Below are positions 1 to 12,900 of a stretch of DNA of 64,000 nucleotides, one piece after another. The stretch's first letter is position 1. Every line of letters begins with the position of its first letter. The stretch is from positions 2,046,001 through 2,110,000 of the forward strand of contig JBBPEB010000013.1 of NCBI GenBank assembly GCA_039096225.1, in the 5' to 3' direction. The notes beneath the pieces are model-generated. The model had not been told where the DNA came from and did no database searches. It saw nothing but the letters and a program-made list of their open reading frames with translations. A program made the translations under genes and the position numbers. Source of the stretch: Blastocystis sp. Blastoise. Its lineage: Eukaryota > Protista > Bigyra: Opalinata.

Positions 1-7
1 TATTTAG

Positions 8-340
8 AAAGGATTGATGCTTTAAATGCTGAAATTGATGCTGAACTATCAAAGCTAAATAAAGCAAAAAGTAATTTATATTATATATATATATATATAT
101 GTTACATTATTTATATATATCTTTAGATGATGATAATAAAAATGAAAAAGAAATAAAACCTAGATTATCTGGTGATATTGAAGACATGAAATGTATATAT
201 ATAATATATATGTATACATTTATATATATATATATATATACATTTATATTATAAAAATAAATAATAATCTAGCATGGATATGTATATTATATAGATGATT
301 CAAAACGTACGGTGCTTAATGCTAATGCAGGTATATAATG

Positions 341-388
<48 letters not shown>

Positions 389-483
389 TAATTTTAGATA
401 ATAATAATAATAATAATAATAAAGAAGAAAAGGAAGAAGAAGAAATGAAAGAAGTTTTAACTAATAATGATGATTATAAAGGT

Positions 484-552
<69 letters not shown>

Positions 553-1106
553 TTTATTTATTTATTTATTTATTTATTTATAACTAAATAATTTTAGATA
601 ATAATAATAAAGAAGAAAAAGAAGAAAAGGAAGAAGAAATAAAAGATATTTTAACTAATAATGATGATTATAAAGGTATATATATATATATTTATATATA
701 TTTATTTATTTATAATTAAATAATTTTAGATAATAATAATAATAATAATAATAAAGAAGAAAAAGAAGAAAAGGAAGAAGAAATAAAAGATATTTTAACT
801 AATAATGATGATTATAAAGGTATATATATATATATTTATATATATTTATTTATTTATAATTAAATAATTTTAGATAATAATAATAATAATAATAATGATA
901 AAGAAGAAAAAGAAGAAAAGGAAGAAGAAATAAAAGATATTTTAACTAATAATGATGATTATGAAGGTATATATATATATATATTTATTCATAGTTAAAC
1001 TATTTTAGATAACAATAATAATAATATAAACAAAATAAAACGTAAATTATCTGGTGATATTGAAGATAAAAAATGTATATATATGTACATATGTATATAT
1101 ATGTAC

Positions 1107-1175
<69 letters not shown>

Positions 1176-1613
1176 TGGTTCAAAGCGTATGTTGCTTAAT
1201 GATAATGCTGGTATATAATCTTATATAATATATATATTTATTATTTATATATAATAATAATAAAAATTATTTAGATGATAATAATAATAAAGATAAAAGA
1301 GTAATAAAACGTAGATTATCTGGCGATGATAATGATGATTATAAAGGTATATATATATATATATATTTATTTATTTATTATAATTAAATAATTTTAGATA
1401 ATAATAATAATAATAATAAAGAAGAAGAAGAAATAAAAGATGTTTTAACTAATAATGATGATTATAAAGGTATATATATATGTATATATATATAATTAAA
1501 TAATTTTAGATGTTAATAATAATAATAAAGAAGAAGAGCAAGAAATAAAAGATAGTTTAACTAATAATGATTATTACGAGGGTATATATATATATAATAA
1601 TAATAATCTAGTA

Positions 1614-1661
<48 letters not shown>

Positions 1662-1761
1662 TAATTCTAGATGTTAATAATAATAATAATATAAACAAAA
1701 TAAAACGTAAATTATCTGGTGATATTGAAGATAAAAAATGTATATATATGTATATATATAC

Positions 1762-1840
<79 letters not shown>

Positions 1841-2016
1841 TGGTTCAAAGCGTATATTGCTTAATGACAATGCTGGTATATAATCTTATATAATATATAT
1901 ATTTATTATTTATATATAATAATAATAATAATAATAAAAATTATTTAGATGATAATAATAATAAAGGTAAAAGAGTAATAAAACGTAGATTATCTGGCGA
2001 TGATAATGATGATTAT

Positions 2017-2115
<99 letters not shown>

Positions 2116-2615
2116 TTATAATTAAATAATTCTAGATAATAATAATAATAATAATAAAGAAGAAAAGGAAGAAGAAAAAATAGATGTTTTAACTAATAAT
2201 GATGATTATAAAGGTATATATATATATATATTATTATATATTATATAAAATTTTATAAAAAAGATTTATAATCTTATCATTCATCTATATAGCTTGCTTA
2301 AATAAAATGAAACAAAATAAAAATATAATAAAATCAAGTATTCTATTTATTTTAATTGTTTATAAAATTATATATTATATTATTATATTATTAGATCATA
2401 TGAAGCATTCAACTATAATGCACAAATCAACAAATAAAAATGATTTAGTTACAATTAAACAATCTAATAATAAAGGTATATAATATATATATTATTTATA
2501 TAATTGAATTTATATAGATATTAATAATAATTCTAATATAAAAATTGAATCAAATACAGAAAATAATAAAGAAGAAAAATTAAATGAAATAGACTTATCT
2601 AACGATAATGATTAT

Positions 2616-2681
<66 letters not shown>

Positions 2682-2848
2682 TTAGATAATATTAATAATA
2701 ATAATAAAAAAAGAAGAAAAAGACTTATCTAATAATAAAGGTATATAATATATAAATATTTTTAATATATAATATAAATAATTTAGATAATACTAATACT
2801 AATAATAATAAAGAAGACAAAATAGAAGAAGAAGACTTATCTAATAAA

Positions 2849-2904
<56 letters not shown>

Positions 2905-2963
2905 TTAGATAATATTAATAATAATAATAAAAAAGAAGAAGAAGACTTATCTAATAATAAAGG

Positions 2964-3003
<40 letters not shown>

Positions 3004-6000
3004 TTCTAGATATTATAAATAATAATGATAGTAAAGAAGACAAAATAGAAGAAGAAGACTTATCTAATAATAAAGGTATATTATATATATATATATATAT
3101 ATATAAATTTCTAGATATTATAAATAATAATGATAATAAAGAAGACAAAATAGAAGAAAAAGACTTATCTAATAATAAAGGTATATATAATATATATTAT
3201 TTATATATATATATAGATAATTATATAAATAATTCAAATGATACGAACAAGTTTAATAACGATAGAAGTATTCAATATATATAATAATAATATTATTATT
3301 ACTTTTAATATATAGATATTGATTCAAATAAGTTCATAATTTCCAAACAAATTAATGAAGAAAATATTTCTCATTTCCACCAAACTGAAGAAATTATATC
3401 ATCTGATAATACTCAGAAACAAAAGTATATAGTTAATATATCTATTAATAATAATTATTATTATTATTATATATATATATATGTATATATTCATAGCACA
3501 CAAACAATTCCTGATAATAATAATAATAATAACTCTAATATTACTAATAATAGTACTAGTTTTATTCCTGATAATAATAATTCTACTGTTGATAATACTA
3601 ATTATTATTATGATCCTAATTATATATATTATAGAAATGCAAATCAATATCGTTATGGTCCCAGTGATTATATATATTATAGAAATGCAAATCAATATCG
3701 TTATGGTCCCAGTGATTATATATATTATAGAAATGCAAATCAGTATCATTATGGTCCCAGTGATTATATATATTATAGAAATGCAAATCAGTATCATTAT
3801 GGTCCCAGTGATTATATATATTCATCATCGCCTTATCCATTCATAAGAACTTTTAATTATAATACTACTAATTATAATTCAAATGATGTCTCCCCTCCTA
3901 ATCCTATAACTAATAATAATAATATTAATTCGAATAATATTTCTTCTGCTATTCCTATGGCTGATAATAATAATACTAATTATAATTCGAATAATATTTC
4001 TTCTGCTATTCCTATAGCTGATAATAATAATTCGAATAATGTTTCCCCTTCTATTCCTATGGCTGATAATAATAATAATACTTATAATTCAAATGATGTT
4101 TCTTCTGCTACTCCTATGATTGATAATAATAATACTAATTATAATTCGAATGATGTTTCTTCTGCTACTCCTATGGCTGATAATTATAATTCGAATAATA
4201 TTTCCCCTTCTACTCCTATGGCTGATAATAATAATAATACGAATAATACGAATAATATTTCTTCTGCTACTCCTATGGCTGATAATAATAATAATACTTA
4301 TAATACGAATGATGTTTCCCATTCTATTCCTATGGCTGATAATTATAATTCGAATAATATTTCTTCTGTTACTCCTATGGCTGATAATAATAATAATATT
4401 AATTATAATACGAATAATATTTCTTCTGCTACTCCTATGGCTGATAATAATAATATTAATTATGATTCAAATGATGTTTCTTCTGCTACTCCTATGGCTG
4501 ATAATAATAATACTACTTATAATACGAATGATGTTTCCCCTTCTATTCCTATGGCTGATAATAATAATAATATTAATTATGATTCAAATGATGTTTCCCA
4601 TTCTATTCCTATGGCTGATAATAATAATTCGAATGATGTTTCCACTTCTATTCCTATAGCTGATAATAATAATACTAATTATAATTCGAATGATGTTTCT
4701 TCTGCTATTCCTATGGCTGATAATTATAATTCGAATAATATTTCCCCTTCTATTCCTATGGCTAATAATAATAATAATACTTATAATACGAATAATATTT
4801 CTTCTGCTACTCCTATGGCTGATAATAATAATATTAATTATGATTCAAATGATGTTTCCCCTTCTATTCCTATGGCTGATAATAATAATAATACTACTTA
4901 TAATACGAATGATGTTTCCCCTTCTACTCCTATGGCTGATAATAATAATAATACTTATAATACGAATGATGTTTCCACTTCTATTCCTATAGATAATGCT
5001 AATCCTTTAACTAATATTACTCCTATGGATGATACTCCTCATTTATATCAGTATCCTCCATATGATAATCCATATTTTTATAGTTATCCTCCATATGATA
5101 ATCCATATTTTTATAGTTATCCTCTATATGATAATCCATATTTGAATAATTATCCTCCATATGATAATCCATATTTATATAATTATCATGCTGATTCTCG
5201 TCCTTCTTCATCTATGAATTCTTCTGATTCTTCTACACCTATGAATTCTTCTATGAATGCTCCTTCTTCTAATATTTCTATAATTAGGAATTCAGAAAAG
5301 ATTCCTGATGATATACGAAGAATTTTTGATGAAACAAAAGGTAGAGAAGCTACAATAGAAGAAAAAGCAAAAATTCATGCTTTCTTTTTTAAAGAGGATC
5401 CTACTGATGAACAGTTAAAAAGAGAAGCATCAAAAAACGATAGAGAATACTATTGTACTGAAGAAAATGTGTTTAACAATAATTACTTAACAAGTAAAAC
5501 ACATCCAGAAATTTTTAGTGAGAAATATATCGTAAAAGATAATATTGTTTCTTCTAATTCTTTTAATGAAATATCTGATGATGATTATGATGATGATGAT
5601 GATGATGATAATAATACTTTATTTTCTGATTCTTCTAGTGAAATTTCTATTAACTCAGATAGGCCATTTATTAGAAATTATCCTTTAAGAAGTAATATTA
5701 ACTCAGATAGACCATTCATCAGAGATTCTCCTATTCAAAATCCTATTACAAGTAATATACATGTTAATAATAGTATTATTACAGACTCATTAAATATAAC
5801 TGAAAGTATTGAAGAACCTATTATTTCTAATAATTCTATTCAAAATACTGTTAATATAACCACCACCACTACAGATATTAACACTAATAATGAATCTATT
5901 ATTTCTAATAATTCTATTCAAAATACTGTTAATACCACCACCACCACTACAGATATTAACACTAATAATGAATCTATTATTTCTAATAATTCTATTCAAA

Positions 6001-6362
6001 ATACTGTTAATACCACCACCACCACTACAGATATTAACACTAATAATGAACCTATTATTTCTAATAATTCTATTCAAAAACCTATTACAACTATGAAAAT
6101 ATCTACTACTACTACTAATGAATCTATCTCTTCTAATAATTCTATTCAAAAACCTATTAATATAACTACAACAACAGTTGATATTAATAATAAACCTACA
6201 TCTTCTATATCTCAAACACATACTACTACTACTAATAAACCTGTTTCTTCTAATAATTCTATTGAAAGTCCTATTACAAACAATATACATCTCGATAGTA
6301 ATATTATAACTTCATCAGATACAGCTGAAAGTATTGAAGAACCTATAATTATAACAGTTTAG
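8..6362 (+). CDS. Multi-exon low-complexity Asn/Asp/Glu/Lys/Thr-rich repeat protein, left copy (5' end outside window; one exon carries a 1-nt frameshift)
   Basis: GT-AG exons: 8-70, 127-192, 295-330, 398-481, 598-675, 730-819, 874-966, 1009-1074, 1175-1210, 1275-1346, 1398-1469, 1510-1581, 1671-1739, 1840-1875, 1949-2020, 2136-2213, 2293-2337, 2395-2475, 2518-2619, 2686-2740 (55 nt), 2787-2852, 2909-2962, 3010-3075, 3115-3180, 3217-3267, 3316-3424, then terminal exon 3497-6362 in frame with the 801-aa ORF. Confidence 0.8.
3621..3812 (+). repeat. Coding tandem repeat, 48 bp x4 ([10 protein letters not shown][R/H]YGPSD); mirror at 24867-25058
   Basis: Four units of tatatatattatagaaatgcaaatca[a/g]tatc[g/a]ttatggtcccagtgat inside the terminal exon. 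Confidence 0.95.
3900..5000 (+). repeat. Coding tandem repeat of about 15-21 aa units (P[M/I]ADNNN..N[D/N][V/I]S.[S/A][T/I]), about 20 copies; mirror about 23680-24780
   Basis: Recurrent cctatggctgataat motif in the 801-aa ORF. Confidence 0.93.
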
Positions 6363-7720
6363 TATAATTATAAATCAATAACATCTATATAATACTAGAT
6401 ATAATTCTATTAAATAATCTTTTTTTTATTTATATATATTGTTTTATTTTTTAATAATAATAATTATGTTAAATAATAGTTTAGTTATGAAATATAAAAA
6501 TTTAAAACAAATTATTTTTTTTAAATAAAAATAAAATAGTAAATAACAATATTATTAAATATATATATAATAATAATAATTATTATTATTATTATTATTA
6601 TTTTTAATTAATAATTATTTAAACTATTAAAATATAAACAAATCCTTATTAATATTTTGTGACACTTGTAATGATTGTCATAAAAGTTAATTTAAGTCAG
6701 ACTTAAAATAGTTGAATATAAAAATAATAATTTTTTTTTATTTATTTTTTTTTTTGTTGTTAAATAGAAATTTAAAAGTATTATAAATTTTTATGACACT
6801 TAAAATGTTATCAAGAATCATTCTGGTTATGAAATAATAACAATAAAAAATGTATATTTTGTTTTCTTTATGTAACAATTATAAATAATTATTTATTAAT
6901 AATTTGATAATAATTTTATATTAGAGTTATTTTCAAATATGAATTTGAAGACTTATTATATTGTTAACATAGAATAAATGAATTGTGTTGATTAGAATAA
7001 TGCAACACGTTGTAACAAAATATATATACAATAATATAATATAAAATTATTTAATCAATAAATTATATATGATAAGTTGTTAGTATCTTAATATGTCTAC
7101 ATTTCCAGTCACTCAAAGAAAAAATATTATTATTGATTTGTTTCATATTCTTACTAATATTCAGAAAATATATGGTTTTAAGGTATTATTATCATTATAT
7201 ATACATAATTTTAGCAAAATGGATACTTATACTTTTCATTTTCCAATTAATAGTGCTTCTTGTTCATACCATAATAGGCTGCTAATTTATTATCACTAAC
7301 TAAACTACTAATTCGTTACTTATATAGTCTTGAAACCTATTGTAAAGAAAATAAAATTCATGTTTATTTTGTTTGTTTTCCATAACAAAAAAATAAAGTA
7401 TAAAATTTTATAGTGAATAAAATTTTTCATTGAACAATTTCTTATTATTTAACAAGATTTTTGACAACACAACGACACTTTATAATGCTATAATAATAAA
7501 AGAAAGACTTATTGAAAGATATTGAATATTATGGAATGATAATTATATATATTATTACTTTTAAATTTTTTATATATTATTAAAAAATATTATTAATATA
7601 TTTTGTAAAAGTAAAATCTATACATTTCTAAAATCAATAATATATATATATATATATATGTTATTTAGTATATTTATTTAAAATAAAGAGTTATATACAA
7701 TCAAGTTTTGATCAAATAAT

Positions 7721-7904
7721 TGGTGCTTCACAACATTTTGTGATACTTACGCTTATTATAACAAAAAATTTACTTTAAATAAGATTTAATTTCGCTGAAT
7801 ATAATAATAAATTTATCAATATCAAAAAAATATATATATAGCAAAAATGTCACAATTTGTTTACAATTACAGTGCCACAAAAAAGGGCCTTTTGGAAGGG
7901 ACTG
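7721..7904. mobile_element. Degenerate hAT-like MITE (about 184 bp), duplicated with the arm at 20775-20958
   Basis: Left end tggtgcttcacaacattttgtgatactt resembles the end at 53177 (cagtgccttcctaacattttgtgacactt). Right end ggaagggactg. Flanks caaataat and aaaacaat match 6/8. Length is close to the 55462-55643 element. Confidence 0.5.
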
Positions 7905-9920
7905 AAAACAATAGATTTTTAAATATATTTTAGACATTTTTCATTTTTGTTTAAAGTATATCTTCATAATATTGAGATAACTGTCACAAAAATGAAAGAA
8001 AACTCTATTAAGTGTATATGTCTTTCTTAAGACTTTATATTTTGAAATAAAACAATTAATAATAAAGTTTACATTATTTCTTCTATTTATTTATAGTTTA
8101 TATATCTATTTTTATGTATTATTCAACTATATAATGTTAAATTTTACTTATTTTTGTTATTTTCAAAATAAATGTCAGTATACTGCCAGATTATATTATT
8201 TCTAATTTATTTTTGTTTATTTTTATATTTGAGTTTGTAAGATTAAAAAATTCTTTTATAGAAAAAGAAAACCTTTATTCTATATATATATTATTAATGA
8301 ATGATTTCAAACATTGAACAATTGATTTCAAATATAAAAATTATATAAGTAATGATTTCCAATACATTTTTCAAAAACAAAAAATTTAGAAAGCTGAAAA
8401 CATGCAATAGATTTGTTTCTATTTTTTGTAATATTTTGACTCATATATATATCTTATAGCTAATGTCTTATAGCATAAATAGTTGTATTTACAAAAAGTA
8501 TTTTAAAATATTATGAATACTAATTAAATAATATATATTCAATACCTCCGTTTATATCAAATACTAAAAACTATTCTAATTGGTGAATAATTAATACTAA
8601 ATGTTTTTCCAATAGTAGAGGACTGGATATAGCATATTATTTTTGACTTTTTCCTTATTCAAAATACTACTAAGTTTATCTTAAAGAAAAAGCCATTAAA
8701 TACTTATGTTAATGATTTCTTTTTATAAAAATAACTTACAACATTTTCTTGTTATTCGAAAATCAATTTTATTTCATCGTTTAGATAATGTATTATGCTA
8801 TTGAAAATATGTATATTATTGAATTTTTTATAAATAATTTTTTACGCAAGCATTTATAAAGAATAAAGTCTCTCTTTTATAAAAATTTCCACAAAATGCT
8901 TTAAAATCATTATAATATTTTATAAATTACTAAAAGCTTTTATATTTGCTTATACATATATACAAATGTTTCAACTTAAATATTTCTTTTTGTTTAATAA
9001 ACAATAATATGAATGAAAACCAAAAGAATAATTATATCATTTTAAATTATATTCTTTCTTTTTATTTTTATGAACTAATTTATCTTATATTACAACTAGT
9101 TAGAACGTGTCAGTTTCATATAGATTCTTTTATTAATAAATTTTATATATTTTTATAAATCCTAATTCTTTTAATTATATTTCATTTATTTATTTTTTTA
9201 TTTATTTATATGTCAATATATACTTAATTAATTTCTTGATTTCTTGTTTTTAATATTTTTTAAATTGATTGAAAATATATTCTTTTTTAGAATTCAAAGC
9301 GATCATAATATAACATGACACTTTTGTTCGTTTTTAAGAATTTAACAATTTTTATTCAGTCATATTAAGTCTGACTCCAAGTATAGTTTTGGCTGGGTCA
9401 TGACGCATCATAAATATTGTAAATGAACAGTTCTATTTAAAAAAATGACTCAATACTTTTTAAAGTAATGTATAGTATCTGACGGTTTTAAAGAAACATA
9501 TTATGAAAACTCTTCTTAAAACGGTTGTAATTAAGAAAATAATGAGCTAACAATTTTGAATTATAATGTATGTAGTGTTTACATTATTCTTTTATATAAG
9601 AGTTTTAAAACAAATAATAAAATGTATGTTACAAAAAGTCAAAATTTTAATAGTTTAATAAATACAAGTTATTATTGATTATTAGTAATGAATCTTACCA
9701 AAAAAAAAATAGAACAATATACATAAAGAACATATTTATATAGATATATATCTGAAAATAAGAAAAAAAGAAAATGTATAAAAAAAATCACAATGAATTC
9801 TTTTTAAAGATTAAAGAAAAACTAAAATAAACAAGAAAATATTTATAGTTAGAATAAAATAAAAATCTTAAAAATAAATATTAGACTAAAATAGAGTATA
9901 AAAAAACTAGAAAAGATAAG

Positions 9921-12900
9921 TTATATAGAAGTTGTCAAAAGATATATACAAAATTTCATAGAAAATACAAAATATATTTGTATAGACGAGAGTAAACCTT
10001 GTTTGATATATACATCTTTATATATCTTACGATTATAACTATTATTCAATATATGATATCTACAATAATGATAAACAAAGTATCCGACAATAATGAATAC
10101 TGTTATTCCTATTACACTACCGATAATAATAAATACTAAAGAACCATTACTGGTATTTTCTATAATATGTATGTCATCATAATTACTAGTGATTGTACAA
10201 TCAGATAATAATACTTGAATATCATTATTTGTATCTTTATATTCATTAATAAGATAATGATATACAGTATCCTTCCATTTCTCAACTTCGTTCTCAATAT
10301 CCATAATACGAATAATCATACGAATCTTATGATTCTCATTCACATTAAGATATATATCTTCCAATGACATAATCCATATATGAGAAGAAGGAATAGAATA
10401 AACAGATAAATAACTATCTAATGTATGTAATAATATATAAATTTGTTTTCCTTGAATTGATTCACTTCTTATTCCTGATATATATATAGTATATTCAATA
10501 TATACATAAGAAGAAGAAGGAGAAGAAGAAGGTAATAAACAACGTGTTATATTTTCATTGGACCATAGAGCAGAAACTCCATTACGAGCACATTCACGTG
10601 CTCTATAAGAAGTTCGAATAGAAGTACATAATAAATAAGCTGTTTGACCAATAGAAGTTTCTGGCCAATCATCTTCTTCTTTACATGTATGTTCTCGAAT
10701 CACTAGTTGTATATCTATACTCATTTGTTTATCTGGATTACTTGCAGTTATTTTATAAGTTTTTAAAGATGATAGTATAGTAGGTGTTCCTTCAATAACT
10801 CCACTTTTCGTATTCAATGTGATTCCCGTGGGGAAATCAGGAGTTACAGTCCATGAATTAATATAATTCTGAATATTAGGAGATATTCCTATTAATGGAT
10901 CTTGTATATAAGCTACAATATAAGTAATAGGATAAGTAACTACAGGTGTTTTATATATACATGTATCGGATATATTAGTCCATTTGGGTATATAATCATT
11001 ACTACATATTCGTGTAATAGAACCTTCTTTATATAGATCTCCACAATCTAAAGTGATTGTTTCTCCTTTATTTGTAGCAGGAAAACGACCTTCTGCGGGA
11101 CATTGAGGATTGATTACTGTTATGGATATAGGTATATATGAATAATTATCAGTATTTGAAGCAATAATCATATGAATAGATTCAGAATAAGGAGATTTAG
11201 GTATACCTGTGATAGTACCTGTAGTTACATTCATAATAAGTCCTTCAGGAAGAGAAGGAATAATAGACCATGAAGTACATATACCTATACATAATGGAGT
11301 AATAGGATATAATTCAGAATTAATCACTGCTTGTATATAAGAAGGAGTCATAGAAATAGAAGGAGATTTTAATTTACAATTATAATGTTCTTGATCCCAT
11401 TTTATAGCAGTATATCCATCTTCTGTTACATAAAAATTCTTTGAAGATGTAGAATCCAAACATCTTCGTTTACGTATACCTATATATCCATCAGGACAAG
11501 GTAAATAATTATCTGTATTATATCTCGCTGGAGGCCATTCACCATCTTCAAAACATAAATAAGTATCAGTACTTATTATAAATAGAATAGTAACATTATT
11601 ATATTGACCTTCTGCTTTTATTGTATAATTATTCTTTTCTGTATATATTAAAGGTATTCCTGAAATAATTCCATTATTAAATAGAAGACCATTAGGAAGA
11701 GAAGAAGGAGTAATAGACCATTTCTCAACGATACCTGAAGTTATTATAGGTTCAACAGAAACAGTTCGATTTAATACAAATACATAAGATGAATGTGGAT
11801 AGGATAAAACTATATAATTAGAAGATAAAACACAATGATTCTCAATAGAAGACCAAGAAGGAATTCCATTCGGAGTTGAAGGAGGAATACAAGATCGTTG
11901 ATAATAGCCATTAAATCCAGAAGGACAAGCGATAGTCGTAGTATTTCCTTGATAGGTTCTTGACCATACATCATCTTCTTTACAGAAATCACGATTCATA
12001 TCTGTGGCAACAGATATATAGAGTTTTGTTGATATAGTAGTATTAAAATGACTAGAAGAAGCAGTTATAGTATATTGTGTAAGAGGAATGTAAGTAGAAG
12101 AAGGAACACTAGTAATAACACCAGTAGCTGTATTTAATGAGAAAGAAGAAGGAAGAGAAGGAGAACTAGTGAAATTCATATAGAGAGCATCTATGAAAGG
12201 AACATTTATACGTATAGATGTTGAAGCATATAATAAATAGATTGATTGATCATAATTAAATATCTTTGGAGGAGATAAAATACAATTCTTACTATCTTCA
12301 TTACCCCAAATACCTTTATCTGAACAGAATCGTTTCTTTTGACCTGTATAAAATAATCCACAAGATTTATATGAATATTCTCCATAATAAACAGAAGGAT
12401 ATCCATCAATTGATGTACAATAATTATCTATAAGTCCTGTAAACAATGAAAATTCAGATACTTGAGCAGCTAAATCTGAAGTACATAAAGATTTTTCATC
12501 ACTTTCAAGATAATTATTTTCACATTCATCAATAGTTAACTTATATATATAATAAGGAATATCACTTATAATTGAATAAGATTTCTCTTCATATCGATAT
12601 GTAAAATATTGTTTACTTGTTTTATGTATAATAGTATAATTAATATTATCATTAGAACCTTCTAATGTCCATCCTGAAGGAGTATATATATTACAGAGAT
12701 AAGAATTACTTATAGAATATCGATTAATATATTCTTGTATTTGATTATTATAAACATATGAAATAGAAACACCAACACATTGTGAGTTATATCTATAAAC
12801 CGTATTCTTATTATTATCAAATGCATTTTGAATATAATATTGATTATTAGTATCTTCATAAGAAGTAGATCCATAACCATTCTTCTGATTACGTATGTTA

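Larger units (their letters stand above)
1..9171 (+). repeat. Left arm of giant inverted repeat (at least 9.17 kb; continues beyond window start)
   Basis: Position 1 (tatttagaaaggattg) pairs with 28667. Mirror ORFs 3957..6362/22317..24722, 7093..7299/21380..21586 and 8946..9158/19521..19733 all have coordinate sum 28679. Identity ends at 9171/19508 (tcctaattcttt then taatt vs atacaat). Confidence 0.97.

Noticed and set aside
995-6290. Many short hydrophobic ORFs ([14 protein letters not shown]) and their mirrors at 22389-26993
   Set aside because: Alternative-frame or antisense translations of (TA)n, (AAT)n and coding repeats.
7093-9158. 68-aa and 70-aa ORFs conserved in both arms
   Set aside because: Conservation only reflects the duplication; composition is that of intergenic DNA.
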